The notes beneath the pieces were generated by a model, which saw nothing but the letters and a program-made list of their open reading frames with translations, had not been told where the DNA came from and made no database searches. Below, piece by piece: positions 1-11,328 of a DNA stretch of 64,000 nucleotides. Origin of the DNA: Felis catus. Lineage: Eukaryota. The translations under genes and the position numbers were made by a program. The stretch is from assembly GCF_018350175.1 (NCBI RefSeq), contig NC_058368.1, forward strand, positions 89,840,001 to 89,904,000, read 5' to 3'. Numbering within the stretch: position 1 is the first letter of the stretch; each line of letters opens with the position of its first letter.

Positions 1-105
1 TCTGTGTGAAAATTAGTTTTCACTATTCTGTGATAAAGGCTCAAGAGTGTAATTGCTGGTTCATATGATAACTACATTTTTTGTTTTAAAAGGAACTGGT
101 GGGGG

Positions 106-316
106 GGGGCACCTGGGTGGCTCAGTCAGGTAAACGAATGACTCTTGATTTTGGCTCAGGTCATAATCTCATGATTTGTGAGATGGAACCCTAAGCTCCG
201 AAACTGGAGTCCAACTCAGGGTCCTACTCGGGGCCCGATCTCACCAACCTTGAAATCATGACCCAAGCCAAAATTAAGAGCCAGACACTTAACCAACTGA
301 GCTACCCAGGTGCCCC
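106..316. mobile_element. Two Can-SINE 5' halves fused tail-to-tail (+ 106-~195, - ~225-316)
   Basis: 'ggggcacctgggtggctcag' head at 106 and its reverse complement 'ctgagctacccaggtgcccc' ending at 316; no CT repeat or poly-A between them. Confidence 0.8.
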
Positions 317-716
317 AAGATAGAATTTTTAAAAATTATATTATACTGTATTATTTTACATTCTCACCAGTAACATATGAGTGATCCAGTTTCTCCCCAT
401 CTTCACTAGCATTTGTGTTATCACTATTTTTTATTTTGATCATTCTGATAGGTATGTGTCATTGTGATTTTGTTTGGCCTTTTACTAATAGTTAATGATG
501 TTGAACATCTTTCCATTTGCTGTCTGCTTATTTGCCATCTACATGTCTTCTTTGATAAAACGCCTCTGTGTGTCTTTTGCCCACTTTCTAATTGGACTGT
601 TTGTCTTTTTAATCTCAGGTTTTGAGAGTTCATTATATATTCTAAGTACAAGTACCTTGTCAGATATGTGATTTGCAAATATTTTCTTCTAGTCTGTAAT
701 TTGTGTTTTCATACTC

Positions 717-915
717 TTTTTTTAAAAATGTTCTATTTATTTTTGAGAGAAAGAGCATGAACGTGAGAGGAGCAGAGAGAGAGGGAGACAGAGGATCCAA
801 AGCGGGCTCTGCACTGACAGCAGCAAGCCTGACGTAGGTCTCAGACTCAGGAACCGTGAGATCATGACCTGACCCGAAGTCAGACACTCAAACTACTGAG
901 CCACCCGGGTGCCCC
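717..915 (-). mobile_element. Can-SINE
   Basis: SINE body, T-rich tail, TSD tgtgttttcatactct / tgtattttcatactct. Confidence 0.9.
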
Positions 916-1440
916 AGTGTATTTTCATACTCTCAACAGGGTCTACTGCTGAGCAAAAGCTTTAATATTTGATGAGGTCCAATTAATCAATTATTCCTTT
1001 TACGGATCACACTCTTGGTGTCAAATTTAAGAACTCTTTGCCACTATATTTTGCCAAAATACAGAATCCAAAGTATCTTCTCTAATTTTTTTTTTCTGGA
1101 AGATTTATAGCTTTACATCTTACATTTAAGTCCATGATCCATTTTGAGTTAAAATTTGTATAAAACAGATGGCTTCGTTCAAGGGTTTTATTTGTTTGTT
1201 TTAGTTATGGATGCCCAACTGCTCCACCACTATTTACTGAAGAGGCTGCCCTCTCTTGTTGAATTGCTTTTGTTCCTTTGTCAAAAATTAATTCAGACCA
1301 TTTGTGTGGGTCTACTTTTTTTTTAATTCTCTATCTGTTGCATACAGTGCTTTGATTACTGTAGCTGATAGGAAAGCCTTAACATCTGGAAGAATGATTA
1401 CTCTCACTTTATTTTTCTTTTTAAAAATTGTTTTGGCTAT

Positions 1441-1672
1441 GGGGCACCTCGGTGGCTCAGTTGGTTAAGCCTCTTACTTTGGCTCAGGTCATGGTCTTGT
1501 GGTTCATGAGTTCGAGCCCCTGCATCAGGCTCTGTGCTGACAGCTCAGAGCCTGGGGCCTGCTTCAGATTCTGTGTCTCCCTCTCTCTCTGCCCCTCTCC
1601 TGCTCATACTCTGTCTCTCTCTCTCAAAAATAAATAAACCTTAAAAAAAGTTTTAAATAAAAAAATAAAAAT
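1441..1672 (+). mobile_element. Can-SINE (felid type)
   Basis: Head ggggcacctcggtggctcag, CT repeat, A tail, TSD aaaaattgttttggc. Confidence 0.92.
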
Positions 1673-1725
1673 AAAAATTGTTTTGGCCATTGTAGACCCC
1701 TTTTCATATAAATTGTAAGTATTTG

Positions 1726-1958
1726 TTTTTTTGTTTTTTTTTTTTAATTTTTTTTCAACATTTATTTATTTTGGGGACAGAGAGAGACAGAGCATGAACG
1801 GGGGAGGGGCAGAGAGAGAGGGAGACACAGAATCAGAAACAGGCTCCAGGCTCTGAGCCATCAGCCCAGAGCCTGACGTGGGGCTCGAACTCACGGATCA
1901 CGAGATCATGACCTGGCTGAAGTCGGACGCTCAACCGACTGCGCCACCCAGGCGCCCC
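1726..1958 (-). mobile_element. Young Can-SINE (SINEC_Fc-like)
   Basis: CpG-rich body, TSD tgtaagtatttgtttt. Confidence 0.93.
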
Positions 1959-1969
1959 TGTAAGTATTT

Positions 1970-2147
1970 GTTTTAATGTTTATTTGTTATGAGAGAGAGA
2001 GAGTGAGTGTGGGGAAGGGGCAGAGAGAAAAACAGAGAATGACAAGCAGGGGCTCATTGCTGATGTGGGGATCAATATCACCCCCTGAGATTGTGACCTA
2101 AGCTGCTACCAAGAGTCACTTAATCAACTGAACCACCCAAGTGCCCC
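1970..2147 (-). mobile_element. Older Can-SINE
   Basis: Diverged body ending 'aaccacccaagtgcccc'. Confidence 0.8.
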
Positions 2148-3663
2148 TAAATAATAAATATTTTTAATAAGCATTTCTATATCTATAAAATAAACCTTGC
2201 TGAAATTTTGAGACGAATTTGGGAAAATTGGCATCTTTACTATGTTTCTGAACATGGTATGTCTTTCTAATTATTTAGGTCTTCACTGATTTCTTTCATC
2301 TTCATTTTGTAAATTTCATCCTACAGATAATATTTTGTGCATGTTTTGTTAAATTTATACCTAAGTATTTCGTTGCCTTGAAGCAATCTTAAATGGTATT
2401 TTTAATTTTGATCTCTACTTATTTATTGTCAGTATATAGAAGTATGATTGAGTTTTGCATGGCAATTTTGTATTCTACCATCACTGAACTCACAAATTAG
2501 TTCCAGGTGATTTTTTGTATATTCTTCGGAATTTTCTATGTAGACAATCATGTTACTACAAGTAGAGGCATTTTTATTTCTTCCTTTCCAATCTGTGTGC
2601 TTTTTGTTTTGTTTTTTCTTGCTTTGTCACAGTGGTTAGAACTTCTAGTACTATGCTGAATGAGACTGGTAACAGCAGACATCCTTGCCTTATTCTCCAT
2701 CCTGGAGGGAAAGTTGGCAATAATAGGCTTTGTAGATGCTCTTAATGGAGTTAAGGAAATCCTTCTTTATTCGGTGTACTAAGACTTTTTATCATGAATG
2801 GTTTGGTGGTTGAGTTCAAGAAAGTGCTTTTCCAGTGTAAATTGATACAATCTTTCCTTCATGATTTTCAAATATTGAAGCAACCTCACATACCTGAAAT
2901 AAGTCCCACGTGGTTGTGGCGTATTAGCCTTTTCACGTGTTCTTGGATTTAATTCACTAAAATGTTCTTGAGGCTGATTGCATCTACACTCATGTGGGAT
3001 ATTGGTCTGTAGTTTTCTTTTTTGTGTTATGTTTGTCTGGTTTTTGTATCAGAGTAATACCAGCTCAGAAAATGAGTTCATGAGTGTCCCTCCTCTCCTA
3101 TTTTCTGAAATAGACTGTGTAAAATTGGTGTTAATTGTTTAAATGTTTAGTAAAATACTCCAGTGAAACTATCTTAGCCTGGAGATACTATTTTTCCATT
3201 CTTTTATTTTGTACCTATCTATGTCATTATGTTTGAGGTGAATTTCTTATACCCAATATATAGTTGGGTTATCATTTTTTAAGCCACCCTTCCAAATCTT
3301 TTAATTGGTGTGTTTCAACTATTTACATTGAAAGCAATTATTGATACATTAGGGCTAAGTCTGCCATTTTATTTTTCTGTCCGTTCTCTGTCTTTCTCCT
3401 TCTTCCTCTGTTTTTTACCCTTGCTTTGTGTTTCAATGCCTTGAACATTTTTTTAGAATTTCACTTTGATTTATTGATAAAGCTTTTAAGTGTATCACTG
3501 CATAATTTTTTTAGTCATTTGCTCCAGGTGTTATCATATATGTCCACATATGTAAGCTAATCATAGCCTAATGGTATCAACATTTTACCATTTTGTGTAA
3601 AGAATAGAACAATTACCTCCACTTAGGTTCCTTTATCTTTCCAATTTATAAAATATAATTTCC

Positions 3664-3795
3664 TTTTCTTTTTTTAATTTTATGTATTTTGGGGGCACCT
3701 GGGTGGCTCAGTCGGTTAAGCATCCGACTCGTGGTTTCGGCTCAGGTCACGATCTCATGGCTCATGGGACAGAGAGAGACAGGCAGAGCAAGTGG

Positions 3796-3843
<48 letters not shown>

Positions 3844-3969
3844 CCCAAGCAGGCTCCATGCTGTCAACACAGAGCCCAACGTGGGGCTCAAACTCATGAA
3901 CCATGAGATTATGACCTGAGCTGAAACCAAGAGTCAGACACTTAACCAACTGTGTCACTCAAGCGTCCC
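3664..3969 (-). mobile_element. Can-SINE with (GA)n expansion and an inverted SINE head (3691-~3766) inside its tail
   Basis: TSD aaaatataattt; (GA)n at ~3800-3840; plus-strand SINE head embedded. Confidence 0.88.
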
Positions 3970-4192
3970 TAAAATATAATTTTCTTAAGTATTTTCTCTA
4001 CATACATTGAGCACTACAGCAGATTGTACTATAACTGTTGCTTCAGTCATAAACTATGGTTAAGGAAACTGATGAGGTGAAGGATAATCTATTCTGTTTA
4101 CCAATTCCATTGTTTTTCACTCTTTTCTGAGGGCTCTGGTTTCCTCTGTCATTTTTTTTTTTTCATTTCTGGGGAGTGTCCTTTAGCCATTC

Positions 4193-4525
4193 TTTTTTCT
4201 TTTTTCATATTTTATTTATTTATTATTTTTGAGAGAGAGAGCATGTGCACGAACACGTGTGCAGGGAAAGGGTGGGTGGGGGGAGCAGGGAGAGAGGATC
4301 TGAAGCATGCTCTGTGCTGACAGCAGAGAGCCCTATGCAGGTCTCAAACTCAGGAACCATGAGATCATGACCTGAGCCAAAGTCAGATGCTTAACCGACT
4401 GAGCCACCCAGGCACCCCTAAAGATTTCATTTTTTTTAAGTAATCTCTACACCCAACGTGGGGCTTGAACTCACAACCCTTAGATCAAGAATCACACGCT
4501 CTGAATACTGAGCCAGCCAGGCACC
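4193..4525 (-). mobile_element. Can-SINE (4193-4418) plus short tRNA-like SINE (4430-4525)
   Basis: Two SINE heads; outer TSD tagccattcttt. Confidence 0.85.
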
Positions 4526-5196
4526 ATAGCCATTCTTTAAGGGTAGGTCTGCTAGCAAATTCTCTTAGTTGTTACCTCATCAGAGAATGTCTTTATACAC
4601 CCTAAATTTCTGAGGGACAATTTTTACTAGATTTAGCCTTCAGAGTTGATATTTTCTTTCAGCACTTGAAAAATGAGCCACTTGCTTCTGGCCCCCCATA
4701 ATTTCAGATGAGAAATCCACTGTCGATTGAATCACTGTTCCTTTGTGGGGTAGTGCATTGTTTCTCTTCAGCTGTTTTTAAGATTTTTCTTCTCTGTTTT
4801 TGGTTTTCAAAAGTTTAATTATGATGTGTCTTGGTGTGGAGTTCTTTGGGTTTTCATATTTGGGGTTCTCTTCAGTTCTTGAATCTGTAGGTTTATGTCT
4901 TTCTTCAAATTTGGGAAAATTTCAGCCACTATTTCTATGAACACCTTTTCAGTTCCACACTCTTCTTATCTTCTGGGAGCTTTACGACATGAATCCTTTA
5001 TCATACTCACAGGTCCTTGAGGCTATGCTCATTATTTCCTCAGTCTATTTTTTTCTTTGTTGCTCAGATTGAGTAAGCTCTGTTAGTGTTCAAGTTCACT
5101 GCTTTTATCTTCTTTCATTTCCACTCTTCTACTAAGTATATCCAGTGAGTTTTCATTTGGGGTATAGTATCTTTTAGTTCCATAATTTTCATTTGA

Positions 5197-5256
5197 TTCT
5201 TCTTCTTCTTCTTCTTCTTCTTCTTCTTCTTCTTCTTCTTCTTCTTCTTCTTCTTC
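5197..5256. repeat. (TTC)20 trinucleotide microsatellite
   Basis: Uninterrupted ttc repeats; produces the poly-E ORF 5083..5298. Confidence 0.95.
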
Positions 5257-6042
5257 TTTTTTATTTGATAACCTCTTTTTCTTTGCTGAGACTTTCAATT
5301 TTTATTTGTTTCAGGAGGACTTGTAGTTGATTGTTGAATCGTTTTTTATGCTGGCTACTTTAAAATCTTTATCAGGTATTCCCAGAAACTGATTTATTTC
5401 AGTGTTGGCCTTGGTCTATTGTCTTCTCTCAATTGGATTGTGATTTTCCTTCTTCTGGGAATGACAAATGATTTTCTGTAGTGCCTTTCATATTTTGGTT
5501 AGTGTGTGAGAGGACTCTTAATCCCCCTTGAATCTTCGATGTCACAGGAAGTCACAAAGTTTAGTATGTAAGTTGTGTCTACTTATGTCTTTAGTTCTGG
5601 TGACAGCTTTAGTTTTCTGAACCCTTCCCATGTTCTCGTTGGCTTTGTTCTTCTGGTGCTTCTGGGCCCCTGCTCAGTGCCAGCTACCCTTTTGGGGTCA
5701 GGAGGCACTTCCTGGGTTTGACTGCTGTTCCTGGGTGACTTGTTTGCAGGGGATGGGGGTGAACCGAAGCCACTGGACCTGGGTCTCCTAATGCCACTGG
5801 GTAGAGGGCAGGGAGACATAGCTGCTTTGCTGTCCCATTTCAGGGGACTCGCAAATCCCTGGTTGTGGAGTGGGGTCCAAAACACCCCAAGGCTTTACCA
5901 CTGCCATTGCCGCTGCAGGTATAGAGCACCATCCCAGTGCCCTGGTTGTAGAGTGAGACTGGGGTGGCTGGGGACTTTGTAGCTCTGCTCCTGCCCATGG
6001 ATCCACTGGCCGGGGTTGTGGTGCCAGGGCTAGATTCTGAGG

Positions 6043-6172
6043 TTTTTGTTTTTGTTTTTGATGTTTATTTATCTTTGGGACAGAGAGAGACAAAGCATGA
6101 GTGGGGGAGGGGTAGAGACAGAGGGAGACACAGAATCCAAAGCAGGCTCTAGGCTCTGAGCTGTCCGCACAG
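6043..6172 (-). mobile_element. 5'-truncated Can-SINE
   Basis: Tail and 3' body only; stops at 'ctgtccgcacag'. Confidence 0.8.
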
Positions 6173-6261
6173 CTGTCTTTCTTACAATGTTTTATCTTCT
6201 ACATACATATGGTCTTATCTTTTTTGTCATTCCTAAATTTACCTATTTCTGTTTCTAGCTC

Positions 6262-6483
6262 TTTTTTAAGTTTGTTTATTTATTTTGAGAGACAGAGAGT
6301 GCATGCAAGGATAGAGAGAGGGAGGAGCAGAGAGAGAGAGGGAGAGAGAGAGAGAATCCCAAGCAGGCTCCACACTGTCAGCACAGAGCCCAATGTGGGG
6401 CTCAAACACACAAACAGCAAGATCATGACCTGAGCCAAAACCAAGGGTCCTATTCTTACTCGACTGAGCCACCCAGGGGTCCC
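6262..6483 (-). mobile_element. Can-SINE
   Basis: TSD tgtttctagct. Confidence 0.9.
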
Positions 6484-6499
6484 TTGTTTCTAGCTTTTT

Positions 6500-7330
6500 C
6501 CCCCTCTTGAAGGCATACTTGTCAGAGTTTTGTCTATTTTATTGGTATTTAGAAAATATTTATCAGGGCTACTTTTGTTTCGTATTTCATTAATTTCTTT
6601 AAATTCACTAATTTCCTCCTCCTACTCTGTTGGTATTTATTATTCATTTTCTTTCTAGAAATGACTGCTTATTTCATGTTTTCTTTTTTTTTATTTGATA
6701 AAGTTTCCTAAGACTCTGCTTTTTTTTCTGTAAATTTTCCTTTGGCTACATGCAATGGCTTTTAATATATGATATTATCATTGATATCACTTTATAAATT
6801 AATATTTTATTCTATGTTTCTTCCTTAAAAATAGTTACTTATGAAATTTAAAAAATTCTAGATGGCTCTGGAATTCTGGTAGGTGTGGGAGGATGGGATG
6901 AAGCAGGAAGAAGCTCTCCTTTTGTAGTTAATTTCTCAGTTAGGGGCACCTGGGTGGTTCAGTAGGTTGAGCATCCAACATCAGCTCAGGTCATGATCTC
7001 ATGGCTCGTGGGTTCGAGCCCCGCATTGGGCTCTGTGCTGACAGCTCAGATCCTGGAGCCTGCTTCGGATTCTGTGCTTGCTTCGGATTCTCTCTCTGCC
7101 ACTTTCTGGCTCACACTCTGTCTCTTTCTCTCAAAAATAAATAAATGTTAAAAAAATTTAATTTCTCAATTATTTCTTCACGGTAAGAAAGTGCTCTGTA
7201 TAATTTCTACATTTTAAAATTTACTGAGGTGTTCTTTATGGCTGAATAAAACAAGTTTGGTAAATGTTCCACAAGTATTTGAAGGCCGTGAACATTTCTG
7301 TGAGAGATTCTATGCTTATATATGGAAGAT
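6500..7330 (-). mobile_element. Very old L1 ORF2 fragments
   Basis: Degenerate antisense L1 text, e.g. 'aaatttactgaggtgttctttatggctgaat...aatgttccac'. Confidence 0.5.
6943..7156 (+). mobile_element. Can-SINE
   Basis: TSD ttaatttctca; internal duplication of tgcttcggattct at 7061 and 7079. Confidence 0.9.
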
Positions 7331-7348
7331 AAAAAGAATTTTCTGCTG

Positions 7349-7796
7349 TTTTTTAATGTTTTATTTATTTTTGAGAGAGAGAGAGAGAGAGACAGAGACA
7401 GAGCACAAGTGGGGGAGGGGCAGAGAGAGATGGAGACACAGAATCCAAAGCAGGCTGCAGCCTGTCAGCACAGAGCCTGACCCAGGGCTCAAACTCACGA
7501 CCTGTGAGATCATGACCTGAACCGAAGTCGGATGCTTAACCGACTGAGCCACCAAGACACCACTCTGAAATACAATTTTACTTTTAATTTTTACTTTAAA
7601 AAAATGTTTATTTTTGAGAGAGAGAAAGTGGACGCTTGAGCAGGGGAGGGAGCAGAAAGAGGGAGGGAGACAGGATCCAAAGTAGGCTCTGAGCTGTCAG
7701 CACAGAGCTCAGTTTGGGGCTTGAACTCACGAACTGTGAGATCAGGACCTGAACCGAAGTAGGACACTTAACTGACTGATCCACCCAGGTGCCCCC
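7349..7796 (-). mobile_element. Two tandem Can-SINEs (7349-7561, 7583-7796)
   Basis: Two SINE bodies with tails; outer TSD aaaaagaattttc. Confidence 0.88.
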
Positions 7797-7875
7797 TAGA
7801 AAAAGAATTTTCATTGCAACTCTTAAGAAAATAACTAATATTTACTGACTGCTTATTTTGTGCCATGCACTATTT

Positions 7876-8105
7876 CAGGGTTTTTCAACTTTGGCACTAC
7901 TAACACTTTGAGCTGGGTGATTTCTTTGTGTGGCAAGCTATCCTGTGCAGTGTAGGATATGTTTAGCAGATCCCTGTGCTCTGCCCACCAGTTGCGAGTA
8001 ATAGCTGTGGTCTCCTTCCCCAAGGAAGACCAAAAATGTCTCCAGACATTGTCAAATGTTCCCTGGGTACAAAATTGCAAAATTACCCTTGATTGAGACC
8101 CACTG
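7876..8105. mobile_element. MER20-like hAT-Charlie DNA transposon relic
   Basis: Termini cagggtttttcaac...gattgagacccactg; 'accaaaaatgtctccagacattgtcaaatgt' is characteristic of MER20. Confidence 0.85.
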
Positions 8106-8190
8106 CTGGTTTACATTTATGAATGCATTTAATCCTCATTACAAACCTATGTGGTAAGTTCTACAGTTCCTCTCTTTACAGAGCAGTATC

Positions 8191-8385
8191 AGGGTGCCTT
8201 GGGTGGCTCAGTCAGTTAAGCGTCCAACTTCAGCTCAGATCATGATCTCGCGGTTCATGAGTTTGAGCCCTGCGTTGGGCTCTGTGCTGACAGCCTAGGA
8301 CCTGCTTCAGATTCTGTGTCTCCCTCTTTTTCTGCCCCAACCCTGCTCTCTCTCTCTCTCTCAAAAATAAATGAATATTAATTTT
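8191..8385 (+). mobile_element. Can-SINE
   Basis: TSD tttacagagcagtatc / tttacagagaagtatc. Confidence 0.9.
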
Positions 8386-8716
8386 TTTTTACAGAGAAGT
8401 ATCTGTAAATTGAGAAAGTGCCTGTAAACAGAAGCCTAGAGAGGTTCAAAGTAACTCTCCAAAATTTCAGAGCAATTAAGCATCATTTGTAACTGAAAAA
8501 CCAAAACAAGGCAAAACAGAATCAACCTAAATGTCATTCAATAAATTGTGGAATAGGCATACAAAGGCACTTGGAAAAAATTAACTACTTGGTTTATTTA
8601 CATATGATGAATGAATCTCAAAAATAACACTAGGAGGAAAAAGCGAGTCACAGAAATCTTTCAGGGGGAAAATAGAATATATATTATTGTCCGTAACCTC
8701 TCTGAGGATTCTTCTC

Positions 8717-8909
8717 ATTTTTTTTTTCTTTAAGTATTCAGAGAGAGACAGAGAGAGAGAGAACCAGCAGGGGAGGGGCACAGTGGGAGACAGAGGATAC
8801 AAAGCAGCCTCTCCTCCCCCCCCCAGGTGGGCCTCAAACTTACAAGCTGTGAGATCATGACCTGAGCCAACATCAGACACTTAACCGACTGAGCCACCCA
8901 GGTGTCCCC
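8717..8909 (-). mobile_element. Can-SINE with internal deletion
   Basis: TSD cctctctgaggattct (8697-8712) / cctctctggggattct (8908-8923). Confidence 0.88.
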
Positions 8910-9484
8910 TCTCTGGGGATTCTAGTTAGCGTTTTCCTTTCTGACCCCTTGCCCACTTCCAGAATCATCCTTGCGTCTCTGGGAGTCCATGCAGGCCTCT
9001 GTTTCTCCATCTCTCCCTTTCAGGAAGCTGGCTTTCCTCACGTGTCCAGTAGCTCTCGTTCTTCCATTCACATACAGGGGAAGAAACAACCAGGATATTG
9101 GGGGCAGAGCTTGCTGGCTGACAGCCATCACTACGGGGTTGACTCTGTCCCCGGAGCACAGGGTTGCAGAAAGCATCTGCACCTGGCCTAGGCACCCGAA
9201 CCCCCTCTCGGCTGGGTGGCCTTGGGGTCCCCAGAGAATGCTGCTGCAGCTCAATTCACCTACTCCCTATTCTTCTGCAGAAATCTTTAGCTGTTGACAA
9301 CCCCCCCCTTTTCTTTGTATTGGGGGCTCATAGGGCCTTTATTCCTTTACTCTCATGTTAATAGTGTCTTGGGAAAACAGTAGATACCCAGCCAATGCAG
9401 TCTGCTCGGTCAGTTACCACTCAAGTGCCTGCCTTCCAGCTTTTGAAATGGTATTACTGCTCTTCTCCGCATGCTTGTGCATTT

Positions 9485-9548
9485 GTGTATGTGTGTGTGT
9501 GTGTGTATGTGTATGCCTGTGTGTGTGTGCGTGTGTGTGTGTGTGTGT
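9485..9548. repeat. Imperfect (TG)n microsatellite
   Basis: Direct reading. Confidence 0.9.
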
Positions 9549-9853
9549 ACCAGTTGTTAAAATGCTGATTTGACCCCCCCAGCTCTGGTTGGTTCCTTGA
9601 GCCTCCAAGTGTTCCCCACAGGCCTCACCTCTTCCCTGAAACCCCCCAGGCACCCCTAATGATCCAGAAACTGATGGGGTAAGCCCTGGTTTAGCAGGGA
9701 GGGGTCTCTAGAGCCCACTCTAGCTCCAGGGCCAGCCTCTACCCTGGGTGGCCATGGTCGTCTTGCCTTTGACATTCTGTGTGTGTCACAGAAGGGAGAG
9801 TAACCACGTGCACAGGGCTGATTCCTCACCTCTGGTTTGAAAATGCTCCCTGG

Positions 9854-10145
9854 GGGGCGCCTGGGTGGCTCAGTCGGTTAAGTGTCCGACTTCGGCTCAG
9901 GTCACGATCTCGCGGTATGTGCCCACTCTGGGAGTGGGCAAGGGGTCAGAAAGGAAAACGCTAATTAGAAACGGGTATGTGAGTTCGAGCCCCATGTCGG
10001 GCTCTGTGCTGACTGCTCAGAGCCTGGAGCCTGTTTCAGATTCTGTGTCTCGCTCTGTCTCTGACCCTCCCCCGTTCATGCTCTGTCTCTCTTTGTCTCA
10101 AAAATAAATAAATGTTAAAAAATAAAAAAGAAAAAAAAAAGAAAA
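9854..10145 (+). mobile_element. Can-SINE carrying a 52-bp internal foreign insertion
   Basis: TSD gaaaatgctccctggg at 9839 and 10146; insert 9922-9973 flanked by duplicated ggtatgtg. Confidence 0.92.
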
Positions 10146-10210
10146 GAAAATGCTCCCTGGGTGATTTTGCCTACCAGGCAGATTTATAAGCCATTGGCAC
10201 GAATGACAGC

Positions 10211-10395
10211 GCTGGGGTTCAGACAGACCTGGAATCTAACCCTGATTCCTATACCCTCCAGGTGTGTGATTTGGGAGCCATTACCTCCACTCTCTGAGTC
10301 TCTGTTTCACCATCAGTGACATGGGGATTTGGATCCCTCGCACAAAGGGTTGTTGGAGATATCAGAAGAGATACTGTGTGTAGCAAGCCGATGAT
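10211..10395 (+). mobile_element. MIR
   Basis: 'cagacagacctgg...tgtgtgatttggg...ctctctgagtctctgtttcaccatc...atgggga' MIR core. Confidence 0.75.
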
Positions 10396-10459
10396 CCTAG
10401 GGCTAAGGAGGGAACACATTGGGAGCCTTCCTTTAGGAACGCCATGTAACTCACCCGAA

Positions 10460-10476
10460 GGCCACCAGGTGGGGCA
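10460..10476 (+). promoter_or_regulatory. CTCF-like motif (one core mismatch)
   Basis: GGCCACCAGGTGGGGCA vs core CCRSYAGRKGGCRS. Confidence 0.35.
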
Positions 10477-11179
10477 ATTGGCATCAGTGACCCAGAGCAG
10501 CAGCATTAAAACTTGGGTGGGCCTCTGCAGCTCCTGAGCTGGTTTTGTTTGTTGTTTTTAATTTTAAAATAATGGCTTCCACAGGCCGGCAGAATCTGAA
10601 TCTCTGAGGTGGAAGCTAGGATTTTAGTCCACACTGTGAAACTCTAAGACCACTGATTTAGAGCACTGGGTAAGGGGGACCAGGCCTCCCTCCCTCCCTC
10701 CCCCTGGAGTGGGGCCTCACCCTTGGCTCTCCCTTGCTTTGGCCCAGGACCTTTGGACATGCTCTCTGGGACTGATAGGATGACCCTTTTAGGGTCCATT
10801 TCCCAGCTTGGATCTTGGCAGTCCATCCAGAATCTGCTCTGTGGGCATCCCCCGGCCCCATGCACAGGGTCCATGGTGAGGAGAGCCTTGGACCCTGCAG
10901 CCTGCCCTTGGCCAGTGGGTGGAGGCCTGGACCCACCCTCCCCCTGTTGTCGACTTTGGCCAAGACGACTGGATAAGTCATACTGATCATGGAACATTTG
11001 GTTTCTCCGGGGAACGCCCATCAACAACAGGAACCAAGGGAACATTGGTTGAGGAGGTGGCTGTAACAATCTAGGTTAGAGATGATGGGACCTGGTAGGA
11101 GGAGAACACTGGGGACAGATTCAGGAAGTATGCAGGATACAGAGGGGGAAGTAAGAGAGGAGAGAAAAGCCTAGAAAAG

Positions 11180-11328
11180 CTGCACTCTTCCAACTGCGTT
11201 CTTCCCCAGCACCTGGGGGCTTGTCAGAAATGCAAAATCTCAGGCTTCCCAAGCCTGCTGAGTCAAAACCACATTTTAACAAGACCTCCAGATGATTTGT
11301 ATGTACCTTAAAGTCCGAAGGTACTAGC
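11180..11328. mobile_element. MER5A-like hAT relic
   Basis: 'cacctgggggcttgtcagaaatgcaaaatctcagg...cattttaacaagacctccagatgatt'. Confidence 0.75.

Larger units (their letters stand above)
1..6035 (-). mobile_element. Old, fragmented L1 (3' region, ORF2, ORF1 and probable 5' UTR), interrupted by many SINEs
   Basis: Antisense L1 text ('ttgaacatctttccatttgc...tttgccatct' at ~500; 'catccttgccttattc' RT region at ~2680; 'aattatgatgtgtcttggtgtgg' ORF1 at ~4817). ORF 424..678 resembles the L1 ORF2 C-terminus. May be more than one element. Confidence 0.7.
7835..8470 (-). mobile_element. MIR fragments interrupted by MER20 and a SINE
   Basis: 'tttactgactgcttattttgtgcca', 'atttaatcctcattacaaacctatg', 'agagaggttcaaagtaact' resemble antisense MIR. 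Confidence 0.55.

Noticed and set aside
5083..5298. ORF with poly-Glu run
   Set aside because: Produced by the (TTC)20 microsatellite inside decayed L1 ORF1.
9355..9653. ORFs with CV/HT repeats
   Set aside because: Translation of the (TG)n microsatellite.
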